Shown: positions 13,101 to 22,319 of the stretch, one piece after another
How positions within the stretch are numbered: the stretch's first letter is position 1
Layout: the number at the start of each line of letters is the position of its first letter
From: an uncultured Actinomycetota bacterium
Lineage (GTDB): Bacteria; Actinomycetota; Actinomycetes; JAHEKZ01
Assembly (NCBI GenBank): GCA_963706045.1
Contig: CAVPLY010000011.1
Coordinates: 87,536-151,535, forward strand
Reading direction: 5' to 3'
Length of the DNA: 64,000 nt
Notes under the pieces: model-generated
The model's database searches: none
What the model was told of the DNA's origin: nothing
The model's input: the letters and a program-made list of their open reading frames with translations, nothing else
Position numbers and translations under genes: made by a program

Positions 13101-14754
13101 CGCCACCGGCCAGGAACACCCCGTAGAGACCGCGGTCGGGGATGGTTCCCGCGTTGATGACGGCAACGCGCTGAGCGCCGGGGCGCGCGGTGAGGACGCC
13201 GTCGTCGCGGTTCCAGACCAGTCGCGGCTTCAGCTCGGCGAAGGCGTCGGAGGGGTAGCGGCCGGCGAGCATGTCGAGCACGCCGTGCAGTGCCGAGTCG
13301 GGCAGCGATCGAAAGGGGTCGGCACGGCGGACCATCGACGCCAGGTCGGTGACCGTCCAGTCGTCCATGGCGACCATCGCCACCACCTGCTGGGCGAGGA
13401 CGTCGAGCGGGTTGCGGGGCACGGCGAGCGCTTCGATCTCGCCCTTGCGCATGCGCTCGACGGCCACCGCACTGGGCAGCAGGTCGCCGCGGTGCTTGGG
13501 GAACAGAACGCCCCGCGAGACGCCTCCGACCTGGTGACCGGACCGTCCGATGCGCTGCAGTCCGCTGGCCACCGAGGGCGGTGACTCGACCTGGACGACG
13601 AGGTCGACGGCACCCATGTCGATGCCGAGCTCGAGGCTGCTCGTCGCCACCACGGCGGGAAGCGTGCCCTGCTTGAGCTGCTCCTCGATCTCGCTGCGTT
13701 GTTCACGGGAGACCGATCCGTGGTGGGCGCGGGCAATCTCGGTACGTGGGTCGTCGGTGGTACGCGGCAAGGTGGCGCCGGCTTGGGCCATGACGGCGGC
13801 GGGGGCCGAGGTGGGTGGTGGCAGCTCGCTGCCGGTGGCGCGTCGCTCGGCCTCCTCGTTGAGTCGGGCAGCCAGCCGCTCGGTGAGGCGGCGGGAGTTG
13901 GCGAACACGATGGTCGACCGGTGCTCTTCGACGAGGTCGACGATCCTGGACTCGACGTGCGGCCACAACGACGGTGGCGCGGCCGCCAGCTCACCGTCGA
14001 CATCGAGGGCACCGTGGTCGCCAACCGCTGTGAGATCTTCGACCGGTACGACGACAGATAGGTCGAACTCTTTGTCGCTGGGCGGCTGGACGACGGTGAC
14101 CGGTTGCGCACCACCGAGAAAGGCGGCAACGGTCTCGGTGGGCCGAACCGTCGCCGACAATCCGATGCGCTGCGCAGGGGAGTCGACAAGCTCGTCGAGA
14201 CGCTCCAACGACAGCGCAAGGTGCGCGCCACGTTTGGTGCCGGCCACGGCATGCACTTCGTCGATGATCACGGTCGAGACGCTGCTGAGCGTCTCGCGTG
14301 CCTTCGAGGTGAGCATGAGGTACAGCGACTCGGGCGTGGTGATGAGCAGCGTGCTCGGGCGACGAAGCTGTCGCTGACGTTCGGCCGGCGGTGTGTCACC
14401 GGAGCGGATGGCGACCGAGATGTCCGGAGGGGTGAGGTTCTTACGTTCGTAGGCGTTGCGAATGCCCGCGAGTGGAGCGCGCAGGTTGCGTTCGACGTCG
14501 ACAGCGAGGGCCTTGAGCGGCGAGACATAGAGCACCGTGGTGGCAGGGTCGGCCGGTGGCTCAGAGGCACAACGGTCGAGTGCCCAGAGGAAGGCGGCGA
14601 GGGTCTTACCAGACCCCGTCGGGGCGACCACAAGGGTGTGCTGTCCCTGACTGATGGCCTGCCACGCGGCCTCCTGTGCTGGCGTGGGTTCGGCGAAGAC
14701 GCTCGTGAACCACCCCCGGGTATGGGGTGAGAAGGCAGAGAGGGCTGACGGCAC
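10172..14754 (-). pseudogene. lhr: ATP-dependent helicase Lhr (about 1500 aa), split by three frame breaks
   Basis: ORFs 12832-14871 (DEAD/DEAH core, VVAPTGSGKTLAAF), 11729-13012, a short piece in the 11430-11882 frame (GAFTASVTDPVGDLVSRYARTHGPF) and 9913-11592 concatenate into one Lhr. Breaks are at C5 12862-12866, at 11756-11763 and at about 11659. Start proposed at GTG 14754 (VPSALSAFSPHTRGWF). The 3' end is uncertain: the ORF runs on to 9913. Confidence 0.8.
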
Positions 14755-14760
14755 CTGCTC

Positions 14761-14782
14761 ATCTTGGTCGGTGCCTGTGACA
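14761..14782 (-). promoter_or_regulatory. Candidate RecA-NDp/PafBC-type promoter for lhr (leaderless geometry)
   Basis: Minus strand reads TGTCACAGGC-accgac-CAAGAT-gagcag-GTG. The consensus is TGTCAGTGGC-N6-TAnnnT. Spacing is exact, with 8/10 matches in the upstream element and a C at the first position of the -10. Confidence 0.35.
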
Positions 14783-14906
14783 GTGCCCACCCAGGGCCAC
14801 CCGCTCTCAGCACGTGGGGGTCCGACACAGTGGGCCGGAAGCGTCTGAGGGCGTGGTGGCCCGATCTTCACCGGCGTGGGCGCTTGTAGACACAGGTAAG
14901 AGGCGG

Positions 14907-15752
14907 ATGAATGGAGTCATGTCATCGCTGACTCATGCACCGCTTCGTTCCCGAACGCGCCGCTCGGCCTCGCTCGCTGCTCTCATGATGCTCGCCGTCG
15001 TGTCGTTGTCCGGCTGCTTCAAGCTCGACATGTCGCTAGAGCTGTCACCCGACAACACCGTCGATGGCTCGATCATCTTGGCGGTCAACCGAGCCCAGGC
15101 TGAGCTCTTCGGCGGTGAGGACGCGCTGCGCGAGTCGTTGTCCGGCGAGGGCGGCAGCCTGATCGACAATGCACCCGACAGCGGCACCGTCGAGACCCGC
15201 GACTACGAGGATGACGACTGGATCGGCAACGAGTACGTGTTCAAAGACGTCGGCCTCGACGAGTTCAGCGGCGCCGACACCGGCGAGCTGTCCATCACGC
15301 GCGAGGGTGACACCTTCGTCGTCGAGGGCATGCTCGACCTCTCGCAAGGCACCGAACCCGATGCAGCGGCCGCGGCTCTGCTGGAGTCGGCCGAGACCGA
15401 GATCTCCATCACCTTCCCAGGTGCGGTGCAGAGCAGCAACGGCGTCGAAGACGGCAACACCGTCACCTGGTCACCGAAGGCCGGCGAGAGCACCGAGATC
15501 TCGGCGGTGGGTAGTGCCGAAGCTGGACTTCCCATCACCTTGATCGCCGCTGTCGTGGCACTGGTGGCGCTGGTCGCGGTCGGGGTCGTGCTGCTCGTCA
15601 TGCTGCGCGGCCGTCAGGCTGCCGCACTGCCTGCGGCTGGGCCTCTTCCCGAGGGAAGCATCGTTCCGGACGCCCAGCAGCCGGACGCCCAGCAGCCGGA
15701 CGCGCCGACAGGCGACGAGCCACCCGCACCCCCGGCTCCTCCCGCTCCCTGA
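14907..15752 (+). CDS. LppM-family lipoprotein with a C-terminal TM anchor and Pro-rich tail
   Basis: AAGAGG RBS. Signal peptide with lipobox LSGC. FKLDMSLELSPDNTVDGSI is LppM-like. C-terminal TM helix. Confidence 0.65.
   Translation: MNGVMSSLTHAPLRSRTRRSASLAALMMLAVVSLSGCFKLDMSLELSPDNTVDGSIILAVNRAQAELFGGEDALRESLSGEGGSLIDNAPDSGTVETRDYEDDDWIGNEYVFKDVGLDEFSGADTGELSITREGDTFVVEGMLDLSQGTEPDAAAAALLESAETEISITFPGAVQSSNGVEDGNTVTWSPKAGESTEISAVGSAEAGLPITLIAAVVALVALVAVGVVLLVMLRGRQAAALPAAGPLPEGSIVPDAQQPDAQQPDAPTGDEPPAPPAPPAP
15666..15706 (+). repeat. 15-bp in-frame tandem repeat (CCGGACGCCCAGCAG, 2 full copies plus a partial third) inside the LppM-like gene
   Basis: Encodes PDAQQ PDAQQ PDA. Confidence 0.8.
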
Positions 15753-15786
15753 GTGACCAGCGGCCTCTTGTCGTACAGTCGCCTGC

Positions 15787-15981
15787 GTGCGATTCACCGA
15801 CTTCTGGGACCGGATGGAGACCCATCTCGGCTCCTCCTATGCACGCAGCTATGCGCGCGATCACGTCCTGAGCCAGCTCGAGGGGCGCACCGTCGAGCAG
15901 GCTCTCTCCGACGGTGAAGACGCGACGCGCGTGTGGCGCGCGGTCGTGGCGGCGCTCGACCTACCCGCTCGCTACCGGTGA
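15787..15981 (+). CDS. DUF3046 domain protein
   Basis: MRFTDFWDRMETHLG...YARSYARDHVL...TVEQAL is typical of DUF3046, which neighbours recA in actinobacteria. GTG start. TACAGT lies 7 nt upstream, giving possible leaderless geometry. Confidence 0.7.
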   Translation: MRFTDFWDRMETHLGSSYARSYARDHVLSQLEGRTVEQALSDGEDATRVWRAVVAALDLPARYR

Positions 15982-15999
15982 GACGGCGATGAGCTCCCG

Positions 16000-17277
16000 G
16001 TGAACCTGCAGACGACCACGCCGCTGCAGCGGCGAACGGTTCGCGTCCTGGCCGCCGCCCAGGTGCTGACAGGCGTTGGCGTCGGTGCGGGCGTAGCGGC
16101 AGGCAGCTTGCTTGTGGCCGACCTCACCGGAGCGGAGGGTCTGGCTGGTCTGGCGCAGACGGCTGGCGTCGTGGGGGCGGCCGTTGCCGCCGGCCCGCTC
16201 GCCTGGTTGTCGGTGCGCTCCGGACGCCGCATCGGCCTCGTGACGGGGCTCTGGATCGCTGCCGCCGGAGCGCTGGTCGTGATTGGTGCCTCGGTCCTCG
16301 AGGTGGTCCCGCTCGTGCTGCTGGGGACGTTCGGGGTCGGAGTCGCCTCAGCGGTAGGGCTGCAGGCCAGGTATGCGGCGAGCGACCTGGCCTCACCCGT
16401 CCACGTCGGACGTGACCTGTCCATGGTGGTCTGGGCGACGACGGTTGGCGCGGTTCTGGGACCCAACTTGATGCAACCGGCGGCCAACCTCGCCGAGGCG
16501 GTGGGCCTGCCGGCGTTGAGTGGTCCCTACCTGGTCACCGCCTCCAGCATCACATTGGCGGCACTGCTGGTGGCGGGAATGCTGCGCCCGGATCCGCTGC
16601 TTGCTGCCCGCGACCTGGCAAGGGCTTCCAAGGCCGAGGACTACCTGGAACCCCGGCAGATGGGGATGATCGCCGAGCTGACGCACGGGGCCAGGGTGGT
16701 GCGCTCGGCACCTGGGGCAACCCTCGCCGTCGCCGCCATCGCTGTCGGCCACGTGGTGATGGTCATGGTGATGGTCATGACGCCGGTGCACATGCAGCAC
16801 GTCGACGTCACGCTGCAGGTCGTCGGGCTGGTGATCAGCGTGCACATCCTGGGCATGTACGCGTTCTCGCCGATCGTGGGTTGGCTCGCTGACCGACGAG
16901 GCAGCGTCGCGGTGATCAGCGGTGGCGTGGTGGTGCTCGCGCTCTCGACGGTGATCGCCGGAACGGCTCCTGGCGACTCCATCGTGCAGCTCGGGATCGG
17001 TCTCTTCCTGCTCGGCCTGGGGTGGTCGGCGACCTTGGTCGGTGGCTCGGCGCTGCTCTCGACCTCAGTGCCCGAGGAGACCCGACCGGCGGCGCAGGGG
17101 GTCGGAGACACGGTCATGAACGTGGCGGCGGCGGTGGGCGGCGTCCTGGCGGGCGTCATCGTGTACACGGCCTCATACGGGTGGCTGAACGCGGCGGCCG
17201 CTCTGTGTCTCATACCCCTGGCGGCTGCGCTGGTGCGGCGGCGTGTCGCAGATGCCGTTCGAACACCTGTTCGGTAG
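16000..17277 (+). CDS. MFS transporter
   Basis: 425 aa with about 12 predicted TM helices. A Gly/Ala/Val-rich hydrophobic pattern throughout. Confidence 0.7.
   Translation: MNLQTTTPLQRRTVRVLAAAQVLTGVGVGAGVAAGSLLVADLTGAEGLAGLAQTAGVVGAAVAAGPLAWLSVRSGRRIGLVTGLWIAAAGALVVIGASVLEVVPLVLLGTFGVGVASAVGLQARYAASDLASPVHVGRDLSMVVWATTVGAVLGPNLMQPAANLAEAVGLPALSGPYLVTASSITLAALLVAGMLRPDPLLAARDLARASKAEDYLEPRQMGMIAELTHGARVVRSAPGATLAVAAIAVGHVVMVMVMVMTPVHMQHVDVTLQVVGLVISVHILGMYAFSPIVGWLADRRGSVAVISGGVVVLALSTVIAGTAPGDSIVQLGIGLFLLGLGWSATLVGGSALLSTSVPEETRPAAQGVGDTVMNVAAAVGGVLAGVIVYTASYGWLNAAAALCLIPLAAALVRRRVADAVRTPVR
16756..16779 (+). repeat. Perfect 12-bp tandem duplication (GTGATGGTCATG x2) inside the MFS gene
   Basis: Encodes VMVMVMVM within a TM segment. 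In frame. Confidence 0.85.
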
Positions 17278-17284
17278 AGTCACC
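17269..17284. promoter_or_regulatory. LexA (SOS) box upstream of recA
   Basis: TCGAAC-acct-GTTCGg compared with the actinobacterial consensus TCGAAC-N4-GTTCGA. It lies 160 nt upstream of the recA ATG and overlaps the MFS 3' end. Confidence 0.65.
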
Positions 17285-17347
17285 GCGACGCATCACGCAG
17301 TTCCGCTATCCACAGGCTGAGGGCGTCGCCCTCCGACTGTCAGAGGT

Positions 17348-17369
17348 CCGGCGTAGCGTCGCCAGCGAC
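17348..17369 (+). promoter_or_regulatory. RecA-NDp / PafBC-type promoter upstream of recA
   Basis: TGTCAGAGGT-ccggcg-TAGCGT compared with TGTCAGTGGC-N6-TAnnnT. 8/10 matches, exact spacing, and a matching -10. Confidence 0.6.
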
Positions 17370-17443
17370 ATCAAGGTCACTGCATGCTTACCGCATGCCC
17401 GACCGAGTACCGACAGGCACCGACCACCCGTGAAGGGGAACTC

Positions 17444-18490
17444 ATGGCAGACCGCGACAAGGCCCTCGACTCCGCACTCGCCCAGATCGAGCGCCAGTTC
17501 GGCAAAGGGTCGGTCATGCGTCTCGGCGACGAGACACGCGCGCCGGTCGAGGTGATCCCTACCGGGGCCATCTCGCTCGACATTGCTCTCGGCATCGGGG
17601 GTCTCCCACGCGGACGCGTCGTGGAGATCTACGGCCCCGAGTCGTCAGGTAAGACGACGGTGGCTCTCCACGCCGTCGCCAATGCCCAGGCACTGGGTGG
17701 CATCGCCGCCTTCATCGACGCCGAGCACGCGCTCGACCCCGAGTACGCCAAGAAGCTGGGCGTCGACACCGATGCCTTGCTGGTGTCGCAGCCAGACACC
17801 GGTGAGCAGGCGCTGGAGATCACCGACATGCTGATTCGCTCAGGCGCGATCGACATCATCGTGATCGACTCGGTGGCAGCCCTGGTGCCGCGCGCTGAGA
17901 TCGAGGGCGAGATGGGCGACAGCCACGTCGGTCTGCAGGCACGCTTGATGAGCCAGGCGCTCCGCAAGATCACCGGGGCGCTCAGCCAGACCGGTACCAC
18001 CTGCATCTTCATCAACCAGCTCCGCGAGAAGATCGGCGTCTTCTTCGGATCGCCTGAGACCACCACCGGCGGCAAGGCACTGAAGTTCTACTCGTCGATT
18101 CGGCTGGACGTCCGACGGATCGAGACGCTGAAAGACGGTACCGAGCCGGTGGGTAACCGCACCCGGATCAAGGTCGTCAAGAACAAGATGGCGCCACCCT
18201 TCAAGCAGGCTGAGTTCGATATCCTCTACGGCCACGGAATCTCGCGCGAGGGCTCGTTGCTCGACCTCGGCGTCGAGAACGGCTTCGTCCGTAAGTCCGG
18301 TGCCTGGTACACGTACGAGGGCGACCAGCTCGGTCAGGGTAAGGAGAACTCGCGCAACTTCTTGATCGACAATCCCGACCTCGGCAACGAGATCGAGAAG
18401 AAGATCAAAGAAAAGCTCGGGGTCGGGCCGCAGGTTGATGCCGAGGCTGAGGACATCGATCTCACCGAACCGGCCCCCGTCGACGCCTAG
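17444..18490 (+). CDS. recA: Recombinase RecA
   Basis: [30 protein letters not shown], Walker [10 protein letters not shown], and full-length RecA similarity. No intein. GAAGGGGA RBS. Confidence 0.95.
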   Translation: MADRDKALDSALAQIERQFGKGSVMRLGDETRAPVEVIPTGAISLDIALGIGGLPRGRVVEIYGPESSGKTTVALHAVANAQALGGIAAFIDAEHALDPEYAKKLGVDTDALLVSQPDTGEQALEITDMLIRSGAIDIIVIDSVAALVPRAEIEGEMGDSHVGLQARLMSQALRKITGALSQTGTTCIFINQLREKIGVFFGSPETTTGGKALKFYSSIRLDVRRIETLKDGTEPVGNRTRIKVVKNKMAPPFKQAEFDILYGHGISREGSLLDLGVENGFVRKSGAWYTYEGDQLGQGKENSRNFLIDNPDLGNEIEKKIKEKLGVGPQVDAEAEDIDLTEPAPVDA

Positions 18491-18492
18491 CG

Positions 18493-19059
18493 GTGGCGAA
18501 GGCAGCGAGAGCGGCCCGCGAGCGGTCGCCGGAGTCGGAGGCGTTTGCCGAGGGCATCGGGCCTGAAGCGGACGCCGACCCGGTCGAGGTCGCCAAGCAG
18601 ATCGTCCTGAACCAGATCAGTGCGAGCGCCAAGAGCCGTCACCAGTTGGCGCAGGTGCTTGCGCGCAGAGAGGTCCCCGATGACGCGGCCGAGCAGGCCC
18701 TGGACCGATTCACCGAGCTCGGCTACATCGACGACGCGGCGTTCGCCCGAGGGTGGGTGGAGTCACGGCAGCGCACCCGCGGCCTCGCTGCACCGGCTCT
18801 CCGTCGCGAGCTGCGCGACAAGGGCATCTCGGCTGACCTGATCGATGAAGTGCTGCTCGCCTGCGTCGACGGTGATGCCGAGCGAGTAGCCGCCGGTGTG
18901 CTCGTCGACAAGAAGCTACGCACCATGCGTTCGGGAAGGCCGGTTGACCGCGACACCGCCACCCGCCGCCTCGTGAGCATGCTGGCCCGCAAGGGATACA
19001 ACTCGTCAGTGGCGTACAGCGTGGTGCGCGAGCGGCTCGATCAGGTCGAGACCGGCTAG
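18493..19059 (+). CDS. recX: RecA regulator RecX
   Basis: Lies directly after recA. It contains ...GYIDDAAFARGWVESRQRTRGLAAPALRRELRDKGI... and has RecX repeat architecture. Confidence 0.85.
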   Translation: MAKAARAARERSPESEAFAEGIGPEADADPVEVAKQIVLNQISASAKSRHQLAQVLARREVPDDAAEQALDRFTELGYIDDAAFARGWVESRQRTRGLAAPALRRELRDKGISADLIDEVLLACVDGDAERVAAGVLVDKKLRTMRSGRPVDRDTATRRLVSMLARKGYNSSVAYSVVRERLDQVETG

Positions 19060-19096
19060 GGCAGCAGGTGAGCATATGGGCCGTGTCGGCCTCGCC

Positions 19097-21112
19097 TCAG
19101 CTTTCGAGCGTAAGAGTGGGTACGCCAGGCGGGTCGAAACCGAAGACCTGGCCATAGAAGGACAGCTCGGACTCGAGGGCCACGATCGTCGACTCGGCCT
19201 TGCGAAAACCGTGCTGTTCGCCTGCGAAGAGCAGGTAGGCGTGCGGAATGCCAGTGCCGGCGAGGGCGTCGGCGACAGCCTGGGGTTGGCTTGGCGGAAC
19301 CACCTTGTCGTCGTCTCCCTGGAGCAGCAGGATCGGAGTCCGCAGCTGGCGCAGGTGGGTGAGCGGCGAGCGTTCGACATATCGGTCGCGGGTCTCGGGC
19401 AGTGGGCCGATCAGGCCGTCGAGGTAGCGCGACTCGAAGTCGTGGGTGTCTTCGGCGAAAGGCAGCAGGTCGGTCACCGGGTAGTAGGCGGCCCCGGCGG
19501 CGAAGGCATCGGTCTGCACAAGGGCCGCGACGGTGGTCCATCCGCCTGCCGATCCACCGCGGATGCCGAGACGTGCGCCATCGGCGATGCCTGCGACTGC
19601 CAGGGCCTGCGCTGCTGCGACGGAGTCCTCGACGTCGACGATTCCCCACTGGGTTCGAAGGCGGTCACGGTACTCGCGGCCGTATCCGGAGGAGCCGCCG
19701 TAGTTGACGTCGATGACTCCGATCCCGCGACTGGTGAAGAAGGCCTTCTCGACGTTGAGCCCAGGGACCGAGTGCGAGGTAGGTCCGCCGTGGACGTACA
19801 CCACGAACGGTGGCCGCTCGCCATCAGGCGCAACGGCACCCGGGTTGCGTGGCGGGTAGACGAACGCGTGGATGTCACGCCCGTCGACGCCCGCGAACGT
19901 GTGCGCCTCCGTGCGCGGCAGAAAGGCGGCGTCCGGCAACGACTCGGTGGATGGGCGGACGACGTCGAGCGCGAGTTCTGGGCCTGAGATGTCGACCACG
20001 GCCACTGACCACGGCATCGTGTCGGAGCGCACGACCGATGCGACGGTCTCTCCGAGGGCCATGACGTACGGCTCCCAGGTGTGGTCGAGGCCACTGGGTG
20101 TCAGCGAGCCATCGGCGGGATCGAGAATCGACAGCAGCTCGTGTCCGCGACCATGGGTCACTGCGAGCCGACCGTCGGACAGCACCGCGTAGCTCGTGAA
20201 GCCCAACAGCCAGAGTGGGCTGAAGAACTCTTCGTCCCGTGGTGCCAGAAGCTCGCAGGTCTGGAGACGTTGATCGACGCCGTCGGCAAGGGTGATGCGG
20301 TAGATGTTCCACCACCCGGTGCGGTCGCTGACCGCATACAGGTGGTCGTCGTCGGCCCACTCCGGTTGCATCACCGACTCGGTGGTCGAACCAGCCACCA
20401 CGCGCTCGGTCGCGGGCAGAGCGTCGGAGATGTTGACGACGGCGGCCACGGTGCCGTCCCACGGCATCTGCGGGTGGTCCCACGCGACGTACGACACGCG
20501 CTGTGCATCGGGTGAGAGCCGGGGATGTGAGTAGAAGTGGTGCTGATCGTTGACGACGACAATGGCGGTGTCGTCATCAGCAGCCGATCCGTCGAGCGGG
20601 ATCAGCACCAGATCACGGGTGACGACGCCGGCGACATGTGTCTCGCGGATGGCGAGCACCGTGCCTGAGGGTCCCGGCCGTGGCTCCCCGTACATGTGCG
20701 TGGTGTCGGGGGTGGGTGCGGTGGTCAGAGGACGCGGCTGCGACTGTCCGTCGGGCAGCAGGTAGAGGCGCTGGTCGTCCCAGAAGCAGAAGGTGGTGGC
20801 GTCCGGGGTGCTAGCCAGGCCGGAGGTGCTGACCCTCGTCCATGGGTGGGCGCCGTACTCGATGATGCGGCTACGCACGCTCCATTCGGGGCCGACCACA
20901 TCGCTGATCTCACCGTCGGCCGTGCGGCGAGTCAGGGCGAAGCGGCCACCATCGCGCGGACGCCCCTCGAGCCACCAGATCTCACGCTGATCGGAGTCCT
21001 CTGGTGAGGCCACGACGGCCGGGAACTCCAGGGACCGGGTGCCGCTGGCCACGTCTGCCGCACTGATCGGTGAGGGCCAGGTGCCATAGGGGAGTGTCGC
21101 TACTGCATTCAT
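19097..21112 (-). CDS. S9-family serine peptidase (prolyl oligopeptidase / acylaminoacyl peptidase type)
   Basis: N-terminal propeller plus a C-terminal alpha/beta hydrolase domain with GGSAGGW (Ser) and GEQHGF (His). Start moved to ATG 21112 (MNAVATLPYGTW) to avoid overlap with the divergent gene. Confidence 0.8.
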   Translation of the reverse strand: MNAVATLPYGTWPSPISAADVASGTRSLEFPAVVASPEDSDQREIWWLEGRPRDGGRFALTRRTADGEISDVVGPEWSVRSRIIEYGAHPWTRVSTSGLASTPDATTFCFWDDQRLYLLPDGQSQPRPLTTAPTPDTTHMYGEPRPGPSGTVLAIRETHVAGVVTRDLVLIPLDGSAADDDTAIVVVNDQHHFYSHPRLSPDAQRVSYVAWDHPQMPWDGTVAAVVNISDALPATERVVAGSTTESVMQPEWADDDHLYAVSDRTGWWNIYRITLADGVDQRLQTCELLAPRDEEFFSPLWLLGFTSYAVLSDGRLAVTHGRGHELLSILDPADGSLTPSGLDHTWEPYVMALGETVASVVRSDTMPWSVAVVDISGPELALDVVRPSTESLPDAAFLPRTEAHTFAGVDGRDIHAFVYPPRNPGAVAPDGERPPFVVYVHGGPTSHSVPGLNVEKAFFTSRGIGVIDVNYGGSSGYGREYRDRLRTQWGIVDVEDSVAAAQALAVAGIADGARLGIRGGSAGGWTTVAALVQTDAFAAGAAYYPVTDLLPFAEDTHDFESRYLDGLIGPLPETRDRYVERSPLTHLRQLRTPILLLQGDDDKVVPPSQPQAVADALAGTGIPHAYLLFAGEQHGFRKAESTIVALESELSFYGQVFGFDPPGVPTLTLES

Positions 21113-21224
21113 CCCGGGACTGTATCCATCAGCGACCACGGGTGTTGGCAGAAACCAGTTCACTGAATGGCCATTCAGCGAACTGGTACTGTGGCCGGGT
21201 TGTCCACCGACGGAGGAGACCACC

Positions 21225-22319
21225 GTGACGACCGTGGAACGCCACACCCTGCCTGGCCGCGACTACCGCGACCCGGAGATCTACGAGCTCGAGCGCCAAC
21301 GCATCTTCCTGCAGTCGTGGTTCTGCGCCGGACGCGAAGAGCAGGCCCCCGACCCTGGCGACTGGTTCACCGTGGACGTCGTGGGCGAGAGCATCATGGT
21401 TCTGCGCGGTGACGACGGCGCGCTGCGCGCTTTCTACAACGTCTGCCGCCACCGCGGATCGCGCCTCCGTGAAGAGCCCAGCGGTAACGACAAGGGCACC
21501 ATCATGTGCCCGTACCACGCCTGGTGCTACGACCTGAAGGGCGACCTTGTCGTCACACCGAAGGTCGATGAAGACGAGATCGACCGCAGCAAGCTGTCGC
21601 TCTGGCCAGTGCATCTTGAGGTGTGGCAAGGCTTCGTCTTCGTCAACCTCACGAAAGGATCTCCGCGTCCGCTGCGCGAGACCATCGGCGCGGCGTACGA
21701 CGACATGCTGAGCTTCGAGCGCTTCGAGATGGACGAGCTGCGGATCGGTGCGTCGTCGGAGTGGATTGTCGAGGCGAACTGGAAGATCATCATCGAGAAC
21801 TACAACGAGTGCCTGCACTGTCCGACTGTGCACCCCGAGCTGGTCGAGGTGATTCCGGCCTACCGCAAGGGCTATGTGTTCGAAGAGGGTCGAGACGACG
21901 GTGGGGTCACCCTGGCCAGCGGCGGTACCTACGCCCCAGGGGTCGACACGCTTCCGACGCTCCCATCGATGAACGAGCTCGACGCCCGGTCGGTCTACGG
22001 CGGCACGATCTTCCCGAACATCATGATCGACACCTCGGGGACAGCGATCATCGTGACGCAGCTGTTTCCGCAGGGACCGACGCGGACGCGTCAGGTGGGG
22101 TGGTACCTCTTCCACCCCGATGCGATCAACGCACCCGGCTTCGACCCCAGCGGACTCGTGCAGTTCGGCGAGCTCGTGGCTGGCCAGGACAACGCCATCT
22201 GCGAGCGTGTTCAGCTCGGCGTGAGCTCGCAGGCGTTCGACCACGGCGTGTATCCCGAGAAGGACAAGTGGGTCTACGCCTTCAACCAGCGCTATCTGGC
22301 TGAGCGCGACGGCGGCTGA
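21225..22319 (+). CDS. Rieske (2Fe-2S) aromatic-ring-hydroxylating oxygenase alpha-subunit-like protein
   Basis: Rieske motif CRHRGSRL-x17-CPYHAW. Catalytic-domain motif NYNECLHCPTVHPE. GGAGGAG RBS. Confidence 0.8.
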   Translation: MTTVERHTLPGRDYRDPEIYELERQRIFLQSWFCAGREEQAPDPGDWFTVDVVGESIMVLRGDDGALRAFYNVCRHRGSRLREEPSGNDKGTIMCPYHAWCYDLKGDLVVTPKVDEDEIDRSKLSLWPVHLEVWQGFVFVNLTKGSPRPLRETIGAAYDDMLSFERFEMDELRIGASSEWIVEANWKIIIENYNECLHCPTVHPELVEVIPAYRKGYVFEEGRDDGGVTLASGGTYAPGVDTLPTLPSMNELDARSVYGGTIFPNIMIDTSGTAIIVTQLFPQGPTRTRQVGWYLFHPDAINAPGFDPSGLVQFGELVAGQDNAICERVQLGVSSQAFDHGVYPEKDKWVYAFNQRYLAERDGG

